Shown: piece after piece, positions 10,999 through 20,540 of the stretch
Layout: each line of letters opens with the position of its first letter
How positions within the stretch are numbered: position 1 is the first letter of the stretch
Notes under the pieces: model-generated
The model's input: the letters and a program-made list of their open reading frames with translations, nothing else
Told to the model about the DNA's origin: nothing
The model's database searches: none
Translations under genes and position numbers: made by a program
Assembly (NCBI GenBank): GCA_963693055.1
Contig: OY843751.1
Coordinates: forward strand, 5,120,001-5,184,000
Direction: 5' to 3'
DNA: 64,000 nucleotides
Source: a bacterium
Lineage (GTDB): Bacteria; Zhuqueibacterota; Zhuqueibacteria; Residuimicrobiales; Krinioviventaceae

Positions 10999-11630
10999 TT
11001 AAACCACCTGTTGCAATCCATTTGCCATTACCGTGCAATACTGCGGCACTGTAGAGTTTTCCAGTGATCGTTTCCATATCCGTATATGCGCCTCGGGATG
11101 GTCTCGCAATTCGATGCGGTAATATTGTCCTTTATAGACGTTTCTCAACGATGAAAATATAGACGTTTTATCACTATTATCTTCAAGTGTTATGGATTTG
11201 ATATTGCTCCAGGGTATAAACAACGGCTTGTGAAACAGGCTGAATAAAAACATTATTTTCATACCCACACCATGCTCATTGGCACCTATCAGGATACAGT
11301 TACTAAAACTGGCATTGTTCATCTTGCCACTGGACAATTTGTATTTAATACCGTCTATAGGATCACGATCTTTATTTTGGCTAAAGTCCTCAGCCAATCT
11401 GGCCCAGCCGGACTGCCGGGACAATGCAAACAACACAAATACCCACATGGCAATAAAAAACACAAAAAAAGTAATATTGTTTGAAAAAAAATTTTATCAA
11501 ATAAACCTGCCCCTCCAAAGAAAATCCTTTCCACAAATGATGAATGATAGAATCCCATTCGCTCAAGAACAATCAAAAAAAATAAAACAGGCCCAATATA
11601 CTTTAGCACAAATTTAAAATATTTATTCAA
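10999..11630 (-). pseudogene. Frameshifted paralog of 10072-10656
   Basis: N-terminus in ORF 11355-11630, C-terminus in ORF 10999-11463; frame switches around A8 (11484-11491) and A7 (11464-11470) runs. Confidence 0.7.
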
Positions 11631-11650
11631 CAGCAGCTCCTTGTTTTCTA

Positions 11651-12052
11651 TTATTTTCCTTTCGCATCCATTTCAAGCACATCCATACCGCAGGCAACGA
11701 TCCAGCCTGTCATTCCATAAGAAGGAGATAAAACAAAAGCCTTTAATCCTTTTTCATTGATCTCTTCAATGAACTCTTGCATTGTCCCTGTTTTTATGTC
11801 CGACCCGTGGATTGCATGCTCAATTAATTCTTTGTTAAAATATCCATAAAACTGTTCCGGTGGGTACGTCTCTACATCCAGAACAATATTGCCCCGGCAA
11901 GTTCCTGTAAAATGGTGAGCCGCCACACCACTAAAACGGACGAGATAATACTGCGGCGGATTCACCTCGTTTAATTCAGTATAGATATGTATTTCTTGTT
12001 TTTCTGCAAATACAGTATATTGATAAATATTGTGATCATGAAGTTGTATTAT
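11651..12052 (-). CDS. Hypothetical protein; frame open back to ATA codons at 12049/12052
   Basis: Stop-free frame upstream of the annotated GTG (IQLHDHNIYQY...), GGGGGA RBS-like sequence. Confidence 0.55.
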   Translation of the reverse strand: MIQLHDHNIYQYTVFAEKQEIHIYTELNEVNPPQYYLVRFSGVAAHHFTGTCRGNIVLDVETYPPEQFYGYFNKELIEHAIHGSDIKTGTMQEFIEEINEKGLKAFVLSPSYGMTGWIVACGMDVLEMDAKGK

Positions 12053-12072
12053 TCCCCCTGATTCTTTCCCGC

Positions 12073-13098
12073 CTACATATTCAAAGCAGCCATTCTAAAA
12101 TCATCAATAAATGGTAAATCATCTACATGCTCTATCTTGATATTCAAATCATTAAATAACGGTTCTAAAAGACTGACCAATAAAGGTGTTTTCATTTTTA
12201 CTTTGCAAGGTTTTTGCAGATCGCCCAAAGTCTTGCAAACATTTAAAGGGAGATTGCAATACATACTATTCAAATCTGGTAATGGTGACAGCAACTCGTG
12301 TGCGATGATCATGCCGGTCTTTTCATCCACTATAGCAAGCATATAAGGATAATAAGGCTGTTCTTTATTATCATCAATAGGCCTTGGCAATAAGAAAACA
12401 TCCATTTCAACTATCAGATCACTAATTGGCATTTCAAGTAATTTTTCAAATACCAACGAATCCACCCTTATATTATAATCAGCAGGTACAGGATCAGGAA
12501 CCTCAAATTCAGTATCAATCCAAACTTTTTCATTCCCTTGCTGGACTTGCTTCCGTAAAAGGCAGATATCTTTATCATTATCCTCAAAATTTAATATAGA
12601 GGAATCATTTTCTGCTCTGGCACAAACATCCAGAGCCTGCTCAACAACAATTTGTAAAAATTTGACTTCAGACGCATCCAAATACCAGGGCACAAAACCT
12701 GGCTTGAAACTTTTAGCCAGTGGCCAGGCATTTTTCCCTCTAAAGGTTAATCCCAATTGTTTGTATAATTTCTTGTCCCTGGAAGAAACATCTACACTAT
12801 CTTCAAAAGAAACTTGTAACTGTGGAATTTCCAGTATTTTTTGATACGTAAATGGTCCCGGTTCGGTAAACTGTAATCCCCAAAATTGATGATAGGCATT
12901 TATACCCATGTAGAAAGATAAGGCATAGAACTGTTCTGTTGCGCCCATAACACTTGCAAAGCCAATTTCCCCGGTGTCTGGATGCTCGACGGCAAACATC
13001 TCTTCTTCTACCATCCACTGCCATGGGGCCAATTTCTTCAATTCTATTATTAATTGATACAATTTTCCCCAATCTTTAATCTCTGGCTGTTTACTCAT
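12073..13098 (-). CDS. Conserved hypothetical protein
   Basis: 341-aa ORF with RBS; LAPWQWM, SVMG and PGFVPWYL motifs. Confidence 0.75.
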   Translation of the reverse strand: MSKQPEIKDWGKLYQLIIELKKLAPWQWMVEEEMFAVEHPDTGEIGFASVMGATEQFYALSFYMGINAYHQFWGLQFTEPGPFTYQKILEIPQLQVSFEDSVDVSSRDKKLYKQLGLTFRGKNAWPLAKSFKPGFVPWYLDASEVKFLQIVVEQALDVCARAENDSSILNFEDNDKDICLLRKQVQQGNEKVWIDTEFEVPDPVPADYNIRVDSLVFEKLLEMPISDLIVEMDVFLLPRPIDDNKEQPYYPYMLAIVDEKTGMIIAHELLSPLPDLNSMYCNLPLNVCKTLGDLQKPCKVKMKTPLLVSLLEPLFNDLNIKIEHVDDLPFIDDFRMAALNM

Positions 13099-13135
13099 GA
13101 ATCCCTCTTTCAGTATACATTAACATTCATTAAAC

Positions 13136-13430
13136 TTAAATCACCTCTTGAGCAAGATACTCTTTAATATACGGTTTTATATACTTTTCTCTGCACAAGT
13201 CTACATCCCGTTGAAAAGACTGTTTTAAAAAAGGCCCTCAGGTCTGACTTTTTTTCAAAAATATTATCAGTATCCGGTTGAAACTCGAACAGAATATCAA
13301 TATCACTTTTTTCGGTCTGTTCACCCCTGGCAGAAGAACCGATCAACCCGATTTTTGATATTAAATACTCGGATTGTAATTCATCACGATGGTCACGTAA
13401 AAATTGTAATATTAAATTTCGATCAAGCAT
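13136..13430 (-). pseudogene. Minimal nucleotidyltransferase (MNT antitoxin-like), frameshifted
   Basis: GSxARG...SDIDIL motif; the expected tail QRDVDLCREKYIKPYIKE is in another frame after a T6 run. Confidence 0.75.
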
Positions 13431-13573
13431 TTATTCAATTATCCCGATAATAATATATAAATAAATGGAATTCAACCATAATATGCAATTGAAATCCATT
13501 AGGGCACCCACATTTTGGAACCAACAAGAAATACACGTGTCCAGGCAGGGCTTGTGCACAAAATAACACCTGT

Positions 13574-14164
13574 TTATACTACTTTTATCATAGGCTCAAT
13601 TATATTCTCGTTTACAGATACCATTTCTTTATTTCGTTTTAACTTGAAATTCCAGATTGAAATCACAATTGGAATTATTGGAAATAATAAACATCCGTAA
13701 TCATCCAGATAATTTTGCTCAATGGGACACTCTATAACCTTGTCACCTTGCTGCCAAACGCAATCTGTTTTGTATTTTTGACTTTCATAAAAAGTTGTAC
13801 GTTCTATCCAACCATGATACAATGGAATATTTACCCACTCATCAACATCTTTAACATTTTTGAGATTGAAAGCTGACCCTACACCGTCAAAACCGTATTT
13901 ATTAGCTTGATTATCACGTCTCAATTTAGGTGAATCCGGATGATTAAAATAAACATCAAAGAGTTCTAAGTAATGGAACAAAATAAAAATGATCTCTGTT
14001 TTACATTTTTCATCCTTCAATGTAATCCGGTAACTAATCAAACGTACATTTTCTTTGTCAAACAACTCTATATTGAAAATATTATTATTACTAAACTTGT
14101 AATGAAAATAATCCATCCAATTCTCAAATTTTTGATCATTATATATTACAGCACTCATTTTCAA
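13574..14164 (-). CDS. Hypothetical protein
   Basis: 196-aa AT-rich ORF, co-oriented with neighbours. Confidence 0.6.
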   Translation of the reverse strand: MKMSAVIYNDQKFENWMDYFHYKFSNNNIFNIELFDKENVRLISYRITLKDEKCKTEIIFILFHYLELFDVYFNHPDSPKLRRDNQANKYGFDGVGSAFNLKNVKDVDEWVNIPLYHGWIERTTFYESQKYKTDCVWQQGDKVIECPIEQNYLDDYGCLLFPIIPIVISIWNFKLKRNKEMVSVNENIIEPMIKVV

Positions 14165-14189
14165 GCCTTACAATATCTTTTTAAAAACA

Positions 14190-14879
14190 TTAATAACTCC
14201 AAACAAACAATTTTTCAACGACCTTATAAAATCCCACAAGGACATATCCCAAGGGTCCCGGAGTTATATGTGGTTTAGTGGATACGTGTATGGTAGAAAA
14301 CTTTGCCAAATGAGTCAAACGGTTCAATTCCCCTTTTAACAAATCAATTTCTTTGTTCAATCTTTCCAATTCTTTTTCAACATCCAATGCTGATTCTACG
14401 GATTCTGCCATTTCCAGCAATTCCAGATAGCGGTGCCTGGACTTTTCCGCATTGTCTAATCTGATCTCATAATCACGATATTGACTGGTTACATCACTCC
14501 CTTTGATATTTTTATTCGTCACGATACCGAATGTTTCTACATCCATCAGGACATCATCCAGACTACTGGTGGGTATACGTATTGAAGTTTTGGTATTGCT
14601 TGAAAGTAAAACATATCCCTTATATTTTTTTGCCAAATTTGAAACAGCATGGTGCACGGAATCCGGCGTATTGGTTTCAATGTCGATATTGGCAGTAAAA
14701 ATTATTATACGATTTTCTGAATTGTTTGAGGCAGAAAAATCATCCTGATTTTTAGTACTTGTTATATTCCTGTCCTGAGTAACATAAACTTTAGCACTGG
14801 TCATTTCAGGAGGTGCTGCACAAGCGGCAATCATAAAAAAATATGATAAAGCAATCAACAGACACTTTTTCGTTCTCAT
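14190..14879 (-). CDS. DUF4349-like lipoprotein
   Basis: Lipobox IAAC; IRIP, DVTSQYRD and coiled-coil pattern; AGGAG RBS. Confidence 0.8.
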   Translation of the reverse strand: MRTKKCLLIALSYFFMIAACAAPPEMTSAKVYVTQDRNITSTKNQDDFSASNNSENRIIIFTANIDIETNTPDSVHHAVSNLAKKYKGYVLLSSNTKTSIRIPTSSLDDVLMDVETFGIVTNKNIKGSDVTSQYRDYEIRLDNAEKSRHRYLELLEMAESVESALDVEKELERLNKEIDLLKGELNRLTHLAKFSTIHVSTKPHITPGPLGYVLVGFYKVVEKLFVWSY

Positions 14880-15286
14880 TTTTTCTCCTTTTCAGAATTG
14901 ACTGAATATAAATTCACAGGTGATTTTCATGGTTACAATTGGACGAAAACATGCTATTTTTAATAATTCATAATTATGACACCCCGTTACCCCGTTTATT
15001 ATTTTACTTTATAAATTAATGCAATTCAACCATAATATGCAATTGAAAAACATCAGGGTACCCACATTTTTTAACGATTCGGTCACAACACTATTGCATA
15101 CCTGACGGGATGCAAACACCCGCAGTCACGTTGCTACAAATAATCCATTTCGTTTGTCCGTCGCAGACGGACCCTTGATGATTATTGGATGTACAAAAAA
15201 AAATTATTAATGACGATAAAATACCCCAAGAAAAACAATGAATTCTCTAAAAAATGTTAACATAGAATAATGCTTACCCCTAAACG

Positions 15287-15319
15287 AAAAAAGCCGCTAC
15301 CCCAAAAGGGCAGCGGCTT
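15287..15319 (-). terminator. Rho-independent terminator of the HesB-like gene
   Basis: aagccgct/agcggctt stem with an A-tract on the plus strand. Confidence 0.75.
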
Positions 15320-15323
15320 GAAA

Positions 15324-15632
15324 TCAACAAGAAGACGCGCCGCTAAAAGCGACAATAAAACGTCCTCCGGAGAGATGTCTCACATAATCAACGATCAAAC
15401 CACCGTAAAAACGAGTCATGTTGTCGACCTGTTTGTCCCAGATCAGGGTTATGCCCTCTTCAACAAAACTCCGGTCTTGATCTATGTCCTTTTCAGAAGC
15501 CTGTACCAGGCCCATACTGGGTCCGCCTCATCCAAATCCTAAAATCAATACACGAAATACCGGTTCTTTGATATCTCCGCTTGTCAAAAGTGTGTTGAAT
15601 GCCTTTTTGGCTTCCTGCGTAATTTTAAACAT
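15324..15632 (-). CDS. HesB/IscA-like selenoprotein with in-frame UGA
   Basis: MFKITQEAKKAF...RVLILGFG-TGA-GGPSMGLVQ...GASSC; TGA at 15528-15530, GGAG RBS, hairpin right after the UGA. Confidence 0.8.
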
Positions 15633-15706
15633 CATTTCTCCATAATAAATCATTTTACAGGTAATAATTAGATGCGCTATTCTTGAAAAAGATTCACATC
15701 CGCCCA

Positions 15707-16993
15707 TTATTTTAACAATGTAATCCGTTTCATGACCGATGCATTATTCACTCGGGTTTGGACAACATAAATACCTGTAGCAACCGGCATACCATTATCA
15801 TTTGTACCGTCCCACAATTGTTCATGGTCTCCGTTGTTCATCATTTGGTTCGAGATCAGTGTCTTGACTTTTTTGCCGTTGATATTGTAAATCTCTATCG
15901 ATACCGGCCCCGGTTCAACCAACCGAAACGCAATCTTTGTACCCGCATTAAAAGGATTGGGATAGGTCTGAACAGTTACCGGAATAAACGTTTCCGGTTG
16001 GTGTTCCTGAATTCCAGTTAAAGAATTATAAAAAAATATTATTTTATTATTGGGACTCCATTTATCAGAAAGCCAGCTCCATTCTACTTTTTCAACAAGG
16101 TTCCCTTCCTGGTTATTTTCATAATAAACTTGTTTTTTATTTTCCCATTCATCTTTGAACAATTGTTGTCTTTCTTTTATCAACCATTGGTTATCATCAT
16201 ATTCATACAAATACCGTTGATCATCATCATAACCATCAGTATGATAGGTTTGGTTACGTCTTTCTATCAAATTACCCCATTCATTATAATCAAAAACCGT
16301 GTTAAATCGACGCATAAAAGTTCCATCATTTAAATATAAAAATTCCGGCTGCTCTATCAATTGTCCTGATTCATTATATATATAATCGTAATAATTTACC
16401 GATTCCCAGGATTCTTCATGCCAGCTTTCACGCTGACGTCTGATCAACTGATTTTCTTCATTATATAAATAAGTATAACGTCGATAATTTTGCAATTCCA
16501 AATTACTTTGTCTTTTTTCCAACATTTCAATTTGATTATTTAAATCATCAAAAATATATATAGTCTGATACTCAAGTATCCAGTTTTCTTGCAAAAATCT
16601 CCATTCATCTTTTATAATCAAGTTGCCTCTATTATCATAGGAATAGTTCTCTCTTTTTTTCTCATACCATTTTTCATCATCCCAATCATAATAGGTATAT
16701 TTTGTCAATTGATTTTGTTCATTATAAATCCAAACCACACTATCAAGATTTGTTTCTGAACCGTCATAATAAGAGTTTCTCTTTTTTACTATTGCATTGC
16801 CGAATTGGTCATACTTGAAAAAACTTTTTCCATTCAAGAACCAGTCTAAACCTGACCAGACATAAACCTCCTCGCAATACACATTATCACCTGTAGCAGA
16901 CGGCACAACCTGTCGACTTTCATCATATGCATATACAGAAACTACAATAACAGCACAAACACAAAAAATCGAAAGAAATGACAATTTTTCCAT
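15707..16993 (-). CDS. Secreted Tyr/Trp-rich repeat protein with FlgD/T9SS-type C-terminal domain
   Basis: Repeated YxYNxxG(N/Q)LI...W units, YPNPFN C-terminal domain, signal peptide. Confidence 0.75.
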   Translation of the reverse strand: MEKLSFLSIFCVCAVIVVSVYAYDESRQVVPSATGDNVYCEEVYVWSGLDWFLNGKSFFKYDQFGNAIVKKRNSYYDGSETNLDSVVWIYNEQNQLTKYTYYDWDDEKWYEKKRENYSYDNRGNLIIKDEWRFLQENWILEYQTIYIFDDLNNQIEMLEKRQSNLELQNYRRYTYLYNEENQLIRRQRESWHEESWESVNYYDYIYNESGQLIEQPEFLYLNDGTFMRRFNTVFDYNEWGNLIERRNQTYHTDGYDDDQRYLYEYDDNQWLIKERQQLFKDEWENKKQVYYENNQEGNLVEKVEWSWLSDKWSPNNKIIFFYNSLTGIQEHQPETFIPVTVQTYPNPFNAGTKIAFRLVEPGPVSIEIYNINGKKVKTLISNQMMNNGDHEQLWDGTNDNGMPVATGIYVVQTRVNNASVMKRITLLK

Positions 16994-17073
16994 TTGAATA
17001 CTCCCCGGATTTAGATGAACTTTCCCCGACATAAATCCGATCCGCCGAAACGGACCGGATTCATTTAAAAAAA

Positions 17074-17823
17074 CTAGCCGTTCACAATCTTGATACTTGC
17101 GCTGGCGCCAATTCGGTTTGCCCCGGCTTTGACCATGGCAAGCGCGGTCTCGCGGTCACGGATACCGCCTGCGGCTTTAACTCCTACGGAATCTCCCACT
17201 ACGCGGCGCATTAATGCAACATCCTCAACCGTTGCACCAGCCGCGTTAAATCCTGTCGATGTTTTTACAAACTGTGCACCCGCTTTTTTTGCAATTATAC
17301 ACGCCGTGACTTTTTCTTCATCCGTCAACAGACAGGTTTCAATGATCACCTTAACAAGTGCAGGCTTGGCCGCTTCAACCACCCGATGAATATCACGATA
17401 GATAAAATCCAGATCACCGGTTTTCAGCATACCGACATTGATAACCATATCAATCTCCATAGCCCCGTCAGAAACCGCGCGTTTGGTTTCTTCTACCTTT
17501 AGACAGGTGGTATTGGTGCCCAGGGGGAATCCGATTACGGAGCATACATCCACTTTGGATCCAAACAACCGCTCAGACGCAGTCTTGATCCAATAGGGAT
17601 TCACACACACGGATGCAAAGCCATACTGTTTGGCTTCATCGCATAGTTGCAACACCTGTTCTCGGGTGGCTTCTGGCTTTAATATGGTATGGTCAATATA
17701 TTTGGCCAGATTCGATGGCTCACCGGCTTCAGGCACACTGCTTCCTTCCGGTTTACCGGTCACTTCGGCAATGACCTGGTCAATAATACGATCTATATCT
17801 TTTTCCTGCATTCTATTCTCCAA
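17074..17823 (-). CDS. deoC: Deoxyribose-phosphate aldolase
   Basis: [33 protein letters not shown]. Confidence 0.97.
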   Translation of the reverse strand: MENRMQEKDIDRIIDQVIAEVTGKPEGSSVPEAGEPSNLAKYIDHTILKPEATREQVLQLCDEAKQYGFASVCVNPYWIKTASERLFGSKVDVCSVIGFPLGTNTTCLKVEETKRAVSDGAMEIDMVINVGMLKTGDLDFIYRDIHRVVEAAKPALVKVIIETCLLTDEEKVTACIIAKKAGAQFVKTSTGFNAAGATVEDVALMRRVVGDSVGVKAAGGIRDRETALAMVKAGANRIGASASIKIVNG

Positions 17824-19200
17824 TCAGGCTAAATTCATTACTTCTTTTTTAAACTGCTCTACCAGCGATTTTGTTTCAGCTTCTGTGGGTGATTCAGCAA
17901 TCACCCTAATGATAGGCTCTGTATTAGACGCGCGGATGTGCACCCATGCCTTGTCATAGATAATTTTTAATCCATCAATCAGATCAAGGTTTTCATTGAC
18001 GTGAGCGGCCTCAAGCTTATTCACCACGCCCTTGGCGTCTGCGTCAAAGGGCAGTTCAATTTTGTCTTTGATCATGGTATAATGGGGAATGCTGTCATAC
18101 AATTCGCTGATAGCCTTGCCGCTTTCAGCCATATACTGCAATACCAGGGCAATGCCTACCGGGGCATCACGACCGATATGAATAGCCGGATACATAACAC
18201 CACCGTTACCTTCGCCCGCAATGACAGCGCCAACCTCATGGGCCTTGACCGCCACATTGATTTCACCCACTTTAGAGCGGTGCGCGGTTTTGCCATAATC
18301 CTTTGCAACATCATCGATCATTCGCGAGGTAGATGCGTTCACTACAATATCTCCCGGTGTTTTGGAAAGGATATAACGGCTCACACAAGCCAGTGTATAT
18401 TCTTCACCCATGGGCTCACCCTTGTCCGATACCAGCGCCAACCGGTCCACGTCAGGATCCACGGCAATACCCAAATCTGCTTCATATTTTTTAACCGCGT
18501 TACACAAATCGGCAAGATTTTGGGGAATCGGTTCGGGACTACGCGGGAAAAATCCGTCGGGTTCCGGATTCATATGTATCAATTCACAGTTCAGTGCTTC
18601 AAGTAATGGCGGTACAATGGTTCCGCCAGCGCCATTACAACTGTCCAGAACAATTCTGAATTTTTTGGATTTAATTGCATCCGCATTGACCAAAGGCAGC
18701 GCAAGGATCTTGGCGATATGGTCCTGAACCGCAGTATCGTATGTAGTTACTTTGCCCATCTTGTCCCATGACGCAAAATTATAATCATTATCTTTAACGC
18801 GCTGCAAAACTTTTTCACCGGCCTCTGCGGTTAAAAACAATCCGTTTTCCGCCAACAGCTTTAACGCGTTCCATTCGCGGGGATTATGACTGGCGGTTAT
18901 AATGATGCCGCCGACATGTCCGGACAATTCAGTAACCAGTTCGGTGGTAGGAGTTGAGCAGATGCCTACATCTACTATATCACACCCAACGGACATGAGA
19001 CCCGCCCAAACAGCGTGTTTAACCATTTCACCCGTGGCGCGTGAATCGCGACCTACAACAATTTTTCCGGGTCCCATTTCACTGCCATATGCCTGGGCAA
19101 ATTTCATGGCGACATCCGGGGTAAGGCCTTCACCCACTATACCCCGTACACCGGAAACAGATATCATTAAATTTTTCAATTCACTCAAAATATACCTCAC
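17824..19200 (-). CDS. glmM: Phosphoglucosamine mutase / phosphomannomutase
   Basis: TASHNP phosphoserine loop, DPDVDR metal loop, GEGNGG, RASNTEP. Confidence 0.85.
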   Translation of the reverse strand: MRYILSELKNLMISVSGVRGIVGEGLTPDVAMKFAQAYGSEMGPGKIVVGRDSRATGEMVKHAVWAGLMSVGCDIVDVGICSTPTTELVTELSGHVGGIIITASHNPREWNALKLLAENGLFLTAEAGEKVLQRVKDNDYNFASWDKMGKVTTYDTAVQDHIAKILALPLVNADAIKSKKFRIVLDSCNGAGGTIVPPLLEALNCELIHMNPEPDGFFPRSPEPIPQNLADLCNAVKKYEADLGIAVDPDVDRLALVSDKGEPMGEEYTLACVSRYILSKTPGDIVVNASTSRMIDDVAKDYGKTAHRSKVGEINVAVKAHEVGAVIAGEGNGGVMYPAIHIGRDAPVGIALVLQYMAESGKAISELYDSIPHYTMIKDKIELPFDADAKGVVNKLEAAHVNENLDLIDGLKIIYDKAWVHIRASNTEPIIRVIAESPTEAETKSLVEQFKKEVMNLA

Positions 19201-19224
19201 GCTAAAAATTAGATCGGTTTAAAC

Positions 19225-20532
19225 TCAAATATAAGGAACCAGACGCATATTTACAACCCCCGGTCTGGACAATTGTTCCACCTGCTTATCCAATGCCGGT
19301 TTATCCTTTTCTGCTTCTTCCATCGTCAAGGGCTTGCCCTTGTTCGGTAGTGTATGGCCAATATCTGCCCGCAATGCTCCATCATAGAGCTGACGGCGTT
19401 GACGTACCAGATTGAGCAGCTTGGCACCACGATAAGAGATATCAAAAGCAGGAATGTCTGACAAATCCAACCCCTTTTCCAAATCCTCACGGCTGTATTT
19501 ACCCAACAAATGTTTATCGTGATATACCGCATACCCCGCAACGCCGGACTGACTGACCTGCAATACAGGACGTATCAGTTTATCATCCAACGCTGACAGC
19601 TTTTCTACTCCCGGAACCTTGAGAAATACCGGGACCTTTAAGGTCCAGTCAAATTGTACATCTCCACCGGGAAAGGATACATTTTTCACACTTCCGGAAA
19701 TCTTTTTATCCTGAATGCGCACTTTGGTCATCTCTGTTACCGGGAATTCGTTCCAAGCCTTTAAAATGGTTTCTGCCATAATCCAGTGCCCGGCAGGACC
19801 GGGATGCACACCGTCTCTTGCAAGATAATAGTTGGGATCCTGTTGACGGTTCTTGCGCAAATGCTCTAGCATGGGTGTATGGATGTCCACAGGTGTTATA
19901 TCCGGTGCGGATAAAGTCATAATCCATTCACCATAATGATTCAACACATCATCATAATTTTCATAGGGTGTCTGATATCCAAATTGCAGAGCATCTTCAC
20001 CTACGGTTTTGTCTTTGACCGGTACGGGATCATAAGGCGGCGGAGTGATCACATACTGGTGCTGCGCGCCGGCAGCCCGCACCTTTTCAATTACTTTTTC
20101 AATACCCGCCTTGTACGCGGCAAAACGATCTTCCGACAAGGGCGCATAAATACCGTCATTCATACCGTAACAGGTCATTACAACATCCGGTTGGGTACGC
20201 TCAAGTATACGATCCAGCCGGTCATGCACATTGGGGCGCGGATACGGGTGCACCGGTTCTGTCAACCCGCAAACCGTCTCGCTTGACAATCCCAGACCCA
20301 CAACATTAAAATGCCTGTCAGGATGCTTTGCCAACAGGAATGTTTCAATAAAATTAACATACGTTGCATCCTGAGTAATACTATCACCAATGAACAATAA
20401 AGTTTGCCCGTCTTTTAATACCGATTTGGCAGCAGGGTTCTTTTCAGATTTTGAACACTGCACAAATCCACCAAAAACAACCGGGGCTGCAGCACTGCTC
20501 AATAAAGTTTGAATAAACGCTCTTCGTTTCAT
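19225..20532 (-). CDS. SGNH/GDSL hydrolase (Tat-like signal, possible lipoprotein)
   Basis: KRRAFI signal; GDSIT, YGMND, DGVHP. Confidence 0.88.
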   Translation of the reverse strand: MKRRAFIQTLLSSAAAPVVFGGFVQCSKSEKNPAAKSVLKDGQTLLFIGDSITQDATYVNFIETFLLAKHPDRHFNVVGLGLSSETVCGLTEPVHPYPRPNVHDRLDRILERTQPDVVMTCYGMNDGIYAPLSEDRFAAYKAGIEKVIEKVRAAGAQHQYVITPPPYDPVPVKDKTVGEDALQFGYQTPYENYDDVLNHYGEWIMTLSAPDITPVDIHTPMLEHLRKNRQQDPNYYLARDGVHPGPAGHWIMAETILKAWNEFPVTEMTKVRIQDKKISGSVKNVSFPGGDVQFDWTLKVPVFLKVPGVEKLSALDDKLIRPVLQVSQSGVAGYAVYHDKHLLGKYSREDLEKGLDLSDIPAFDISYRGAKLLNLVRQRRQLYDGALRADIGHTLPNKGKPLTMEEAEKDKPALDKQVEQLSRPGVVNMRLVPYI

Positions 20533-20540
20533 AATGTCCT

